Assembly: GCF_006345805.1 (NCBI RefSeq)
Contig: NC_043023.1
Span: 16,988,001-17,052,000 of the forward strand
DNA length: 64,000 bases
Source: Octopus sinensis
Lineage: Eukaryota
Direction of reading: 5' to 3'
Below the pieces are notes generated by a model, which worked only from the letters and a program-made list of their open reading frames with translations, was not told where the DNA came from and did not search any database. Numbering within the stretch: the stretch's first letter is position 1; every line of letters begins with the position of its first letter. The translations under genes and the position numbers were made by a program. Shown here in pieces: positions 1-12,789 of the stretch.

Positions 1-167
1 CAATGATTATTAGATAGCAGAACCTATATATATATATATATATTATATATAATATATTATATATATACAATTTAAAATAGGATAAAATCTTATAAGAATT
101 TATTAAGTAGTTAGCGTGAAAAACCTCATAAGAGAAAAATCCATCAATTTTTCTTTTACATAAATTC

Positions 168-329
168 ATTTATATTGAGGGCATTACTATACATAAATGC
201 CACACGCTAGGAGGGATTCTTAAAGTCAAAACTACCGAAATAAATAAAGACATTTAATTTGGTAGGTTTGACTTTAAGAATCCCTTCTAGCGTGTGGCAT
301 TTATGTATAAAAATGCCCTCAATATAAAT
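168..329. repeat. Inverted repeat (~69-bp arms), probably a Penelope-type inverted terminus
   Basis: 168-236 is approximately the reverse complement of 261-329. Confidence 0.7.
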
Positions 330-859
330 ACAGATATAAATATAAATATAGATATAAATATAAATATAAATAAATAAGTTATATATGTATATTCAAAATG
401 TAACCACATGCGAATCGTTGGCGATTTTCTTCCTCCGTCTTCCTTTCTATTGGAGATTCCTCTGTTTCTGAAGAAGGAAGAGCGTTGCTCGAAACGTTAA
501 ACCATCTTCCTTTCTTCCCTGAGCGTCTGCTAATACTTTACATGTACCACGTCCTCGGATTGTTTCTTTTTGTATTTTTTTGTGTTTGTTCTTCTTTTTT
601 GGGATTCACAATATATATATATATGTATGTATGTATGTATATATGTATGTATTTATGTATAATTATCACGAAATGATATTGATAAAATAAAATTGAATTC
701 AATAGTGTAAGTTTTGGGTGTCTTTTTGTGTTTTTGTTTTGTTTTTCGTCTACATTTACTGTTTATTTTACATGTTTTTGGCACATCTACTCCAAGTTTG
801 GGGAGAGTCATTTTCTTTTTGTACCTTATAATTTAACACACTCACCGGTAAAATTTCCA

Positions 860-1660
860 CTTATTTCTTATTTTTTATTTTCCTAAAATTTTCGTTGCGT
901 CTTGCAACCTTTTCCATAGTTTTGACTCTGTCGGATATTTACACTGTGTTCCTTTTTGTTTGTTTGTGCTCATGTGTGTGGGGCAGTGTGTGTATGTATG
1001 TATATGTATGTATGTATGTATAAACAGACAAATATGGAGACAAGGATCCACACATATAAAGATGCACATCCATACATACAAACATGGTACGTAGTTGCAT
1101 AACACACACACACAGACATGCACACACCAGGAGACAGAGGTGTATACATATCCAGACACACGCTTACACACACACATACATAGGAAATACACAAACACAG
1201 ACATGCAAGCACATAAATATGCAGGATACATACAGATACATACACCTACATACATATATACATATGCATACACAAACATATATACATACACATTCAAACA
1301 CATATACATACATACATATAAATATATACATCCATACATATATACATACATACATACAGACAGACAGACAGACATACACACATGGATGCATGTATAGGAA
1401 CACACACTGGCCCACACACAAAAAAGCAAAAGGGAACGCATCCTAAATAACGGACAGAATCAGGACTATTGAAAAGGTTGCAAGACGAAACGAAAACTTT
1501 AGGAAAATAAAAATAAGAAATAAGTGTAAATTTTACCAGTGATTGTGTTATGAGGCATAAAAAGACAATCACTCTCCCCAGACACAACAGAATATGCTTC
1601 AACACACGAACTCACATAAAGAATCTTGCAAACCAAATCCAAAAACGAAATACTCCAAGT
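860..1660. repeat. Interspersed repeat with internal (TACA/CA)n (also ~4930-5480 and ~34690-35370)
   Basis: Shared blocks such as ttttcctaaaattttcgttgcgtcttgcaacc and cagacacaacagaatatgcttcaacacacgaactcac. Confidence 0.75.
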
Positions 1661-2157
1661 TTGTTTAGAAAAATCTTGCTTGTGTCTTACACTTATTTTC
1701 GTAATTTATTGCCTTCACAGTGTTTACCGTTTTAAAAGATTAAATTAGAAAATTGGACAAATCAGAAAACACAATTGAAAAAATAAAAAAGAGAGAAGAA
1801 AAAAGAGAAAAAAACAAAACAATTCACTACTTTAGGCTATTGGGGCACGCCAGTATGCTTGCCGCGTTGCCATGGGTGATGGCGAGGCTGAGGCAATGGA
1901 ACAGCCAAGCGCCGTCACGAGCCTCACAGTTGCCTCTGCTGGGCGAATGCTAGTGAGTTGCCAGTAAAGACAGGAATCTCGCAATTAGTGGACCGACTCC
2001 ACCAACGTCTGGAATGCCACCGGATGGAAAAAAATGTAGATTGCCGACTGATCGCGGTATTTCAGGAATTTTGTTCCGATCAGCCTCAGAAGCTGTGTAT
2101 CTCGCCCTGACTGCATATATGTATATTAACGTATATATGTATATATATGTATGTATA

Positions 2158-2210
<53 letters not shown>

Positions 2211-2354
2211 CATATATGTAATATAATATGTGTATATATATATATATACATATATGTATATATATATATGTATATATATACATATTTTTTTTTTGTACTG
2301 TTTCAGTCATTTGACTGCGGCCATGCTGGAGCACCGCCTTTAGAGTGGTGAAAG

Positions 2355-2505
2355 AGTACAGCAGGGATCACCACCTCCTGCCGGAGCTCGTGGAGCTTTT
2401 ACGTGTTTTTTTCGCTCAATAAACACACACAACGCCGGTCTGGATCGAAACCGCGATCCTCCGACCGCAGTCCGCTGCCCTAACCACTAGGCCATGCGCC
2501 TCCAT
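2355..2505 (-). mobile_element. tRNA-derived SINE (related copy ~17205-17530 and ~54423-54745, + strand)
   Basis: Head ggaggcgcatggcctagtggttagggcagcggac with A-box and B-box-like ggtttcgatcc. Confidence 0.75.
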
Positions 2506-2747
2506 ATATATATATACATATGTATATACATATATATATATACACATATATATGTATATATATGTAATATATATATATACTATATATATATATATATATA
2601 ATATATATATCGATGTATATATATATATATGTATATATGTATAATGTATATACATTTATATATATGTTTTGTTGTCCCATTTCGTATCACCAAGTTGTCC
2701 GAATGTTTTGCGTTCTTGTCCCATTTTGTTTTTTTATTTTATATATG

Positions 2748-2778
<31 letters not shown>

Positions 2779-2819
2779 CTATAATATTATATAATATATA
2801 TATATATATAATGTATATA

Positions 2820-2858
<39 letters not shown>

Positions 2859-3149
2859 CGATATTGTATATATATATATGTATATGTATATATATATAAT
2901 ATATATATATATATATAGTATATATGTATCTGTATATATATGTATGTATATATATATATATATGTATATATGTATATATATGTGGTGTATATATATATGT
3001 ATATATATGTATAAATATATATTGTATATGTAGATGATATATTCATGATATATCTATATATATATATATATATACATATACATCCATATTTATATGTGTA
3101 CATATATTTTGAGGACTAAAAACAATCTACATCGTTTCAGTTTTATCAC

Positions 3150-3770
3150 CCATTAAAACTATACTTACTCCAACACAGGAGGGAATTGGGCTCGTCTGCT
3201 CCTGAGGAGGTGGAAGACAGACGGAGTGAGAGAGCTTTGGACAACATAATTTCGAAGGCCACCTTCGACTCCCTCTTCATCAAGTCGGAGCAGTTTTCGA
3301 GGTGCTGATTACTGTCTGCTAGCGCCAAATACTCGGATGACTGGATTGATGCCATCCCTGTGGCTAATGTTGATGACCTACACAGCTTGGACGAACTTCG
3401 TGTCTCCATTGTTCTCAGAATCGGAGTTGACGTATGCACAGGTTTGGTCTGTCGTAGTGGCAGGCTCCTACACTCCACGGGTTTCCATGGTTTTTCTTGC
3501 CACCTGAATCTTGGAACCATCTGAATTGTCCAGATGTGATAGGAAAAGACCTGACGGCTTCACCCCGTGCCCGTGGTCGCGAGAGAAATTCCTTGTCTGG
3601 ATGTCACAGTTAGGGACTCCTTTGCTTCTCTTCACATCCTGGATGCTGCGGTCAGGACGAGACCCACAGCTTCTGCGGCCGACAGAACAAAATCCTGAAA
3701 TAGGGCGATCAGTCGGGCCATTTTCCAGACCACTAATTGCGAGTTTCCTGTCTTCAATGGCAACTCACTA
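3150..3770 (+). mobile_element. Decayed CRE-clade non-LTR retrotransposon 3' fragment (restriction-like endonuclease)
   Basis: Motifs DWIDAIP, LDELRVSIVLRIG, GFHGFSC and EPSELSRCDRKRPDGFT.CPW...FLVW match CRE C-termini; frameshifts present. Confidence 0.7.
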
Positions 3771-4305
3771 GTAATTCGCGTACATTTTTCACACATCTGG
3801 ATTTTATTAATTATTACCCATGTCTTAAAATTTTTTTATATTTTTTTCTTTAACCCTTCTTCTCTCACAGAACTTGTGTCTTTTCTCTTTCATGCTTATT
3901 TCAGCACAAACCTTCCGTTCGCCTGAAACCGTTTCACACTCGTATACTTTCACACACATCCATCACTAACCCTCCTCGTTCCTCTCGCCTTTTCATTTCC
4001 TTCCCATTCGTGCACACTTCTACCTCCTCACATCCACACTTTCTTCTCACACTCTTAACGACAACTCGTACACACACGCTATCATCTCGCATACCCAACG
4101 ATTCTACGCCACCAAACTTCTGAATTTGCACTCTTCTAGACTCATGCATATCCCAAGCAACCGTACACACACACACACCTTCCTACATGTCCAGTTTCAG
4201 ATAAGGTTCCACTTCTATACTTGCACACACACACCCATCCCTCTTCCCTTATTAACTCCCTCCTCATTGAACTGCATTTTATCCGCTTCCTAACACTTTG
4301 TCCGT

Positions 4306-4336
<31 letters not shown>

Positions 4337-4588
4337 ATCGTTTATTCTTCTTTCTAACTCATATAGGCTTTTCCTTTCCTTCTGATGAAGGACTCACCTC
4401 TGAAATCTTGAGTTTTTCTCTTCTATTAAAGCATTAAGCTAACTGCGTATCTGTTGAACGCTGTCCTGTCTATGATGTCCTTTATTACTATTCAAAGCAT
4501 TTACACTGTACATCAATCTCTGTCTGTCTGTGTGCATGTATGTATGTATGTATGTATGTATGTATGTATGTATGTATGTATCTATCTA

Positions 4589-4646
<58 letters not shown>

Positions 4647-4700
4647 CGTCCGTCCGTCTGTCTGTCTGTCTGTCTGTCCATCTATCTATCTACTCTCTAT

Positions 4701-4762
4701 CTATCTATATCTATTAATATAGAGAGTTACTGAGATGACCAGGGTTTCCACAAGTGTTTTAA
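4701..4762 (-). CDS. Gene A terminal coding exon (IKTLVETLVISVTLYINRYR*)
   Basis: Strong acceptor ttttttttcttttcag|TT; phase 1 matches the preceding donor; LVISV.LY is shared with B. Confidence 0.7.
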
Positions 4763-4863
4763 CTGAAAAGAAAAAAAACAATGAAGGAAAAAATAGTTAG
4801 AAAATAATGAGGTTAATTCTAAATTTCTCGATGATCATGATATATATATATATATATAATATA

Positions 4864-4919
<56 letters not shown>

Positions 4920-7493
4920 TAATATATAAAACAAATAAACAGATCATCACATACAGACGGATAGGTTCATAGGTTATTGAACAGACAAGCCACACTAGGC
5001 AAATGGAGACTGAAACACATGACCATATACACACACACTCTTTACTTCACACAACGAGACAGAGGTGCATACATATACAAACATAAACGCTAACACACAC
5101 TCATTCATAAAAAATACACAAACACGGACATGCAGAATACATACATACAGATGTACATACATATATACATATGCATATACACACATATATACATACACAC
5201 ATGCATGCATACATACATACATACACACATGCATGTATAGGCACTCACACACATGCACACAAACAAACAAACGGGAAGGCAGTGTAAATAAAGGACAGAG
5301 TCAAAACTACTGAAAAGTTTGCAAGACGCAACGAAAATTTTAGGAAAATAAAAATAAGAAATAAGTGGAAATTTTACCAGTGAGTGTGTTATAATGCACA
5401 AAAAGAAAATCACTGTCCCCAGACACAACAGAATATGCTTCAACACACGAACTCACACAAAGAATCTTGCAAACCAATGTTTCAAAAAAAACAAAACACA
5501 CACGCACACACAATTATACAATCATTTGCACTCAAATCAAGAGGATATGTTTTACTTACTACCATCTTTTTTAAAATAAATATCGTACTTTTCGTCAATT
5601 CCACTTAGTCTTTTGGCTTGTATCCGAGCTTCGGTGGACGTGATATAAAAGTCTGGGTAACTGAAACTAATATATTACAATTCATAAATTAATGCAAATT
5701 ATTACACAGGAAAGTTTTACGACTGTGCTTATAGCAATCAGTTCAGTTTAATGAAATCAACGAGTTTATCATTTCATATTTGATTTTAGAGTTTCATAAC
5801 CAATTTATTCATGAAGTAGAATGTAGAAACAACGTAATTTGGGTAATCCAGGACTTATTGATTTAGCTTCAGTTCGGCTTTGATCAAGGAGATCTGTGGG
5901 TAAAAGTCATTCCAACCATGACAATCCGGTCCTATTTCTTTCGTAGATAGAATGGATGTCGAACTATATCGACCAGCGATAGTACAGTGTTGAATGGAAA
6001 CAAACACAGATTCTTATAGAAAACATGATATTCCATCAACTCCCGCTTGTTCTACACTCAGAATCACGTTTTTTTTTTACTCAATGCCGTGTTTTTAGCT
6101 CTAAAAGACGAAACAGTTGCTATGCAACCCCAACTTGTGTCTACAGGTGTATTTTGAAAAATGGAGATTAGAGATGGGGCGTCAGAATACCGTGGTTCTA
6201 AAATGGAAGTTTTAGGAAACGTGTCTGATACGAATGAGACTCAAATGGCCGTCAGAAAAAGGGCTGGTAAATGTACCCAGCGGCCTTGGGCAGCAGTTAT
6301 ACAGTTTGATGGTGGCAGAAATAAGTTTTAATAATGGTAGAAGAGATACAATGGAGGGACAGCAAGTTGATGGACCAATAATTATACGTGCCATTAATTA
6401 AAGTGGATTGGCAGGGAAAAGATTATTAGCTTAATTTCGAGTGTAAATCCAGCGCAAAAAGTGACCAGCTTAAAGATACAGTTTCCAACCTCATTTTCTG
6501 ATTAAAAAAGCATTTTTATACAATCAAGTTTATGATGGGAAAAGTACGTATGTTAAAAATATGTGTTTCTTTTCACCTTGTATCGGTATTGTTTTTATAT
6601 ATATACTAGCAGAGATACCCGGCCTTGCTCGGGATTAAAATGCCATAGCTTTATATTGTTTTACTTGTTTCAGTCATGTGACTGCGGCCCTGCTGGAAAA
6701 AATCAACTACAGGATTTATTCTTTGTAAGCCTAGAACTTATTCTGCTGGAGTGAGTTTAAAGGACACACACACAGACATTTTGCCATTTATATATATATT
6801 TAATGGCTTTGAACGACCATCCTTGGATGGTTTTGAATGACCATAGAAAGTGCGAGCCCTCTAACTGAAAAATTGTGGATTTGTATAAAGGACACACAGA
6901 CAGACATTTTGCCGTTTATATATAGAGAGATTTCCGGCCTCTGAACTGTGACTGATTTCTTACTTAAAAAATACCAGTAATTAGTTTTTCTCGACGGGCG
7001 AAATGCTTAGCGGCATTTCATCCGCCTTGACGTTCTGAGTTCAAATTCCGTCAAGGTCGACTTTGCCTTTCACCGTTTCGGGGTCGATGAAATAAGTACC
7101 AGTTGAATGCTGGGGTCGATATAATCGACTAGCTGCTAGGATTACTATTATTATTATTGATTGAGAGAGCAGTTCATGCCATCAAAGTGACACGGGGTAA
7201 AATATACGAAGCCAATATACCCATCAGACTACCCGTCTGATAAAGGTAACCAGGCAATGCATCACAACCATATGTGCGCGACATGTGATCTCATATCAAG
7301 ATAAACAGCACATGACCTTGCAGGTGGGGCCAGTTAGAATTTTCTTCAGGTTGAGTAGCCCATCCCGCTCAAACGGTCCCTGAAAAGGGTTGTTTAAGGA
7401 TGTTGAAAGAACCACCCATGTTTCCAGAGGTGAACTATTCAAACCCCAAAGAATCCCTCTCAACACATGGCTATGATGCTCCCCCACTACTTC

Positions 7494-7529
<36 letters not shown>

Positions 7530-10500
7530 TACTAGAAGGCGGCGAGCTGGCAGAATCACTAGCACTCCGGACAAAATGCTTAGCAACAATTTATTCGTCT
7601 TTACGTTCTGAGTTCAAATTCCGCCGAGATTAATTTTATCCTTTCGGGGGTCGATGAAATAATTAATTACCAATTAAGCAATCGACAATCCCCACCTATC
7701 CCAAACTGCAGGTCTTGTGCCTATAGTAGACTGAACTACTACTACTACTACTACTACTACTATCATCGCCGCCACCACTACCACCTCTGCTACTAGTACT
7801 ACAACTATGGAATGGGTGAGTGTGAGAACCGGTGAAGTGCCAAGCAATATACCTTGCGATAGTTTCGTCCCTTAAGATTTTTAGCTGAACTTCTACCAAA
7901 GCCATACCTGCCTTCCATTATTTTAGGGTAGGTAAAATAATAGCAATAAAGTAAGTAATAAAATCGACTTCACCTTTGCCTTAAAATACGTGATTCTGTA
8001 CCTATGAGAGAAATCATTATTTTTATTATCATTAAATCATTAAAGAGGTCAATAATGAGTAAGAAGATAATATATACATACTTGTTATTGAACGTATATG
8101 TTGTTGAAAGTGAATGAGCACCAAGTGAATTTGAAATAGCATTAGCTTGGTGGAACCACGATGTAGAAGTCGTCCCTCTGCCGTTGAAAATAAACGTCAA
8201 AGGGTATGTTCCGCTCAACTGAAATTTCACCTGAAAACAGAAAGTTGACTCGGATCAGTAAAGAATCTAAAAGAGTAAGGGGGGTAAGAGAAAGGGGACT
8301 GGGTTGTGATATAGGAAGAGAGTAGGAGGGTGAGAAGGAGATATAAAGAAAAGTGAGGGAAGAGTGTGAGAGAGTTTCAGAGTACAAGTTTCAGAGTACA
8401 AGAGTTTCAGAGTACAAGTGAAAAAGGAGGAGACGGAGGGAAAGGAGAGAGAGAGGGAGTGAAAGTGAGAGGATGAAATACAAAGTAGCGACTGAAGTGC
8501 AAGATTAAGATGGCGAGAAAGAGTTTGGATTTATGAGACAGAGAATCGGATTAATAACTAATGAGTCGGGATTTCGGAGTCTTTGTAAAAAGTTTCGTTG
8601 CATCTGTGGGAAGTAGAAGACCCTGACAAAATCCAGGACAAAAACAAAAGATAAAAACAACAAGAATCAATCTCCCATCAACAATGTCACATTGATATTC
8701 TGTGGAGGAAGGAAGGGAGACATCAGGACCGGAAGTAAAGGGGGAGTGGCGTCACGTCAAGAAGCGGGACATTTGAACAGCGTTTTTCATGGACGTGTGG
8801 AGCGGATGTCAGAGGGATAGTAGGTTCTGGCAAGGGTAGCTACTCATGTTGGTATGTCCATCATGTTCCTTTGGCCCTGGTGGGGTGTAACTTTATACCC
8901 TGTTCTCAAGTTCGTCTCGAAGGAAAAGCATTCTTATTTTTCCACCCCATCTACATATTCACAAATTTCGACCTAAATTTCATCCTCTCACCTCTTCCTT
9001 TCAAAATGCAAGACAGTCGCCCGCTGACACTCGCTGACGATACATCGAAGAGGCCAGGGAACAGAAGAAAGAAGAAAGAAGACATGCACCCAACACCAGA
9101 GCTGAAGACACCGTAAAAACGGTAGAGGAGTAGGGACCGAAACCGGACATGGTTCTTCCTGATGATGTCTTGAGCTAACTGGATCCTATAAAGGAGCTGT
9201 TGTGGTAGCAGACCACGAAACACGGTTGAAGTTCCTCAAATACTGACTGCAGGGAAGGACTTGCTGACAATCCAGAAAGAGGGATGACAAAGCGGAGAGA
9301 CGCTTGACAGTACGACAGCGTAACGAAGGATCAAAAGGGTTTGCAGCCCGATCTGGTGTAAAATTGCAACGAAAAAGCATGGGGAAATCATGCCCCATGA
9401 TCCCGGATCACGGAGGGAGAATAAAGGATCAAATAGAAACGGAAAAAGCGAAATGGACTTGGACCGGAAATGGACAATGAGAAAGGAAGCGGTAAAGGAA
9501 TGGTAGATGAGGAGTTCAGCTGCTGCGGAAAGGTGTTTGCTAGGCACATATAAATAATGTATTACAAATGTTTACAGAAACCAACGTTCTCACTCCATGT
9601 GTAAATACGGCCATCGAAACACGTTCCATATCAAAACTAAACCAAACCTTGAAGCAATCACAAAAAAAGGGCCAGACAATTAAATTAAAATCCTTATCAT
9701 TCACTCCAAGTTCTTATTCGGGGAATATGTGCTTTGAATTTGTTGTAGAAAAAACGGTAAAACTCACGTGTGTAAATGTCACGAAAAACAGAAACATACA
9801 AACCGATACCCGGCGAAAATGATGAAAATCTAAATAAAAGGCCGGACCTTAGTCCCCAAGTCTCGCTAGTGAAACAGAAAAAAAGGAGAAATAAATACGA
9901 GAGGAATAGGTTTCTATGCGTCGTGTATATTTTATAGCAACACTCTTGCCACAAAATGAAAACGCTGCACAATATTCCATTGAAATTTAGAAGGAAAATT
10001 AGTCTGGATCTAGTTCTGTCGTGAAACCCCGCCAAAGAAACTTTGCTAACGAAAAAAGAAAGATTTTAAAAATGAAACAAACATCAGAAACTGAAATTAA
10101 ACATTTAAAAGAAAACACTAGTAATCATTGTAAAACAGCTACAAATATGTAGATTGGTTATCAAATGAGAATCATCTTGAAATTCTAAAAATCCATTACC
10201 TTTTCAATAGGCAAATTGTCCCAGTACAAATAAATAGGGCTTTTCATAAATGAGTTTGGGGTCATCTCAAATACTTTCTGCCAGCTTGTACCTGAATCAG
10301 CAATAAAAAATGTAAGTATACAAACAAGATGTTAACCCTTAAACGGCGGAAAAGTGTTGCATGAATGTCTGTGACAAACGGACAATAATCGAAAAAATCT
10401 CTTTTTCATAAAGCTAATTTTTATATTTATTTTCATTAAATTAAGCACAAAAACTAAAATAATTGTTGGTCTTAAACAAATGGAGAAGAATCGGTGCACT

Positions 10501-12789
10501 TTTTCCATCCAGAGCTAGTTGAAGCATTATTTTTTTCTGTATTATCTAAAACATCGTTTTCAACATCATCTGCTTCATTTGATGATGAAAGAAAATCAGA
10601 AAAACACTTCTTCATCGCTGTTTAAATCATCTATTTACGACTGGATTTCTCCCATTGATAAGGGCCGCTTACGCTTAGGCGCATTTAATTTAGCAGACGC
10701 TCGAGCCTCAACTGATGACGGTCATATCTGTGTAAAGTTTTTGTGACACCAATAGGATTTTAAAGAAAAAGGAGGTGCATTCCAGAAGTTTCCAGGATTT
10801 TTCAGGAAATACATTTATTTATTTCAAAGAAAGCTGAGTGAACCGGTCCAATTCCTCGTTCCACATCTCGCTCAGGATTGTGTTTGGTGCAAAGCACACT
10901 TCTAAGGCATGCAAAGTGATTATCTCGTTCCAGTGGTGTGCCTGAAATTATGATGTTAAAGTCCAGAAGCGAAGAATTCGGAATTGATTAGGCGAAAAAC
11001 TGAGATTTCTTAGAATTTACAGTGAGCTCAAAACGTTGATACGCAATGGTGAAATAACTGACAGCTTTTTGCGTTTCTAAGCTTGAGTGACCGAATGACC
11101 ACGTTGCCATCGACGAAGTGAAGTTCTGAGATTCGCTTGGAACTGGTAAGATTCTTTGACTGAAACCTCACCAGGCTGAAGAGTCTTTCATCAAAACGAT
11201 ATCTGATGTCCTTTCCCAGCTGATCCGAGGGAAGTTCATAGATCATTGCAGCAAGGTATAAGGAGAAAAGCATAGTAGCGGGTACACAAACTTGTTTCAA
11301 TCCAGATGTAATTGGGAATTCTTCTGAGAGTCCATCACGAGGAAGGAAACGCCCAGTCATACCATCGTATGATCAGGGAGAAGAAATAATCAAGGGCCAT
11401 CCATATGGTTGGTCTTGGTACTCTATAAAAAACCTTTTGCAGATCATAAAAGATTAGGAAAATTCGGTTTTGTTGTTCTCGAAACTTGCTTTGGAATTGT
11501 CTGGCGCAGATCGTGTCTATGGATCCAAGTAATGCTCGGAAAACACACTGGGATTCTGGAAGGATTCTTTCTGCGATGACGTGGAGACCGTTCAAGGGTA
11601 TTGGAGCAAAGATCTTTCCTAAAATAGTAAGTAGCGAGATTACACGATGGTTTCCATAAGATTTTCGATCTCCGTTCTTGAATATACTGATTATGAGAGC
11701 ACTAAGTGCGTCAGGTCGGCAATGTCTCGTTTACGAGTCTACGTATGAGTATAGCTTCCTTAATTCTTAATTTACCCACATTTCTTTCACTGGCTCAATT
11801 GTGACTGTTATGCTTTTGTCGGTGTTCCGGCATCTTTTCTGAAGGAGGAGGCTATCGTGTTAAGATGTTCTTTGATGCGGACGTGTAACGGTTTTGTTGT
11901 GCTACCCACATAGAACTTATTGCATTTGTTACATTGTATTCTATACACAACATTTACCCGTTGGCATAAATCTATGTCACGGATGGGACAGTTTGTTAGT
12001 TTGCATTGATTGTTGTCGCTTGTTCGTTTCTTTGCAAGCATACATAGATAAAACATACAAATCTGCGCATAGATACATTCATACATAACATACATACAAA
12101 CTTACAAACAAAAATACCCTGTTGTTGATGTTGCAATTCCAGTGAAGGAGCCTGGATTTAGGTTAGGAACCGGTTCGTTCTCTAATGGCAAGAAATCCTG
12201 AAATAAACTGAATAATAATAAACATACACGCATATATACATACATACATGCATACATACATACATACATACATACATACATACATACATACATACATACA
12301 TACATACATACATACATACATACATACATAAACGTGTGTGTGTGTGTGTATGTGTGTGTATGTGTGTATGCGTGCGTTTGTAAAACAATTGGGATAATGA
12401 TGAAAATATAATACAGAAATTAGAAAACTATGCCAGAAAATTGTGAATTACATACTGTTTCCGGAGAGTAAAATATACGATGAACACGTGCAATCCTGAT
12501 CTTTAATTTCTTCGTTGTAAAGCGATCGATGCATATAACACGGGCCATTACAATAGCTAAAATATTGGCACTCATCGCGGGAAAGACACAGACTCGCACA
12601 TTCTAAACGAGATGACGCGGTTTTTGTAGTTTTATTCTCATCAATTAAGCATTTTGATGCTGTGGTTTTTCTGAAGAGACCCTCTCTATTCGTTGGTTCT
12701 CCGGCAGTTACAAGAGTCACGAAAAGCAAAAGTGTCAAAGCTGGCAGCAGAAGAAGAGGAATCGAATGGTACTGAATTGTTGTCTCCAT
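4701..12789 (-). CDS. Gene A: 5 coding exons, 245-aa secreted protein (signal peptide + PAN/apple-like domain + uncharacterised C-terminal domain)
   Basis: Hand-spliced join(12789-12456, 10291-10200, 8230-8082, 5660-5560, 4762-4701); all GT-AG, phases 1/0/2/1, open frame throughout. Protein: METTIQYHSIPLLLLPALTLLLFVTLVTAGEPTNREGLFRKTTASKCLIDENKTTKTASSRLECASLCLSRDECQYFSYCNGPCYMHRSLYNEEIKDQDCTCSSYILLSGN-STSWQKVFEMTPNSFMKSPIYLYWDNLPIEK-VKFQLSGTYPLTFIFNGRGTTSTSWFHQANAISNSLGAHSLSTTYTFNN-NYPDFYITSTEARIQAKRLSGIDEKYDIYFKKDG-IKTLVETLVISVTLYINRYR*. The same structure is conserved in paralog B. Confidence 0.8.
5560..5660 (-). CDS. Gene A internal exon (YPDFYITSTEARIQAKRLSGIDEKYDIYFKKDG)
   Basis: Acceptor tagtttcag|T, donor GGT A|gtaagt; 101 nt, phase 2 in and 1 out; the same frame is open in both paralogs with a 3-nt indel, while the phase-0 frame stops in both. 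Confidence 0.78.
6606..6930 (-). mobile_element. Non-autonomous Helitron (ortholog at 37737ff in unit B)
   Basis: 3' end CCCGAGCAAGGCCGGG hairpin + CTAG|T; TA-rich 5' end. Confidence 0.6.
7160..7495 (-). mobile_element. Non-coding repeat flanked by (TAA)n on both sides ('repeat X'; also ~22696-23210, ~42035-42530, ~59915-60430)
   Basis: Shared 3' end gtgtcactttgatggca..actgctct.tcact followed by (AAT)n. Confidence 0.7.
8082..8230 (-). CDS. Gene A internal exon (VKFQLSG...FNGRGTTSTSWF...TFNN)
   Basis: Acceptor ctttctgttttcag|GTG, donor AAC AA|gtatgt; 149 nt, phase 0 in and 2 out; B differs by an in-frame 6-nt deletion. Confidence 0.82.
8700..9800 (+). mobile_element. Decayed ORF-like segment, possibly LINE ORF1/gag-like, in intron 2 (ortholog ~46740-47880)
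   Basis: Lys/Arg/Glu-rich broken reading frames, GC richer than flanks; no decisive motif. Confidence 0.3.
10200..10291 (-). CDS. Gene A internal exon (STSWQKVFEMTPNSFMKSPIYLYWDNLPIEK)
   Basis: Acceptor tttttattgctgattcag|G, donor AAG|gtaatg; 92 nt, phase 1 in and 0 out; same length in B. Confidence 0.82.
10800..11720 (-). mobile_element. RTE-clade LINE reverse transcriptase fragment (gene A only)
   Basis: ERILPESQCVFR, FYDLQKVFYRVPR, GLKQVCVPATMLFSLY, ISELHFVDGN, ISGTPLERDNHFACLRS; absent from intron 1 of B (604 vs 2164 bp). Confidence 0.85.
11770..12030 (-). mobile_element. Penelope-like GIY-YIG endonuclease fragment
   Basis: CQRVNVVYRIQCNKCNKFYVGSTTKPLHVRIKEH. Confidence 0.85.
12456..12789 (-). 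CDS. Gene A ATG exon: signal peptide + PAN/apple-like domain (8 Cys)
   Basis: Acceptor ttttcag|GA ATG; hydrophobic leader LLLLPALTLLLFVTLVTA; C-x3-C-x5-C-x2-F-x-Y...C pattern (ECASLCLSRDECQYFSYCNGPC) typical of PAN; donor GGA AAC A|gtatgt (phase 1). Confidence 0.88.

Noticed and set aside
464-502. Hammerhead-like GTTT-CTGAAGA...GAGC/GCTC-GAAAC-GTT-AAAC (similar remnants at ~4382 and ~26356)
   Set aside because: Extra bases between the core and stem II or collapsed stems; probably decayed Penelope-derived motifs.
875-3103. Long ORFs rich in Y/I/C/V/M/H/T (also around 14737-15796, 26428-27200, 34649-36050, 52731-53219)
   Set aside because: Translations of (TA)n, (CA)n and (TACA)n microsatellites with no coding signature.
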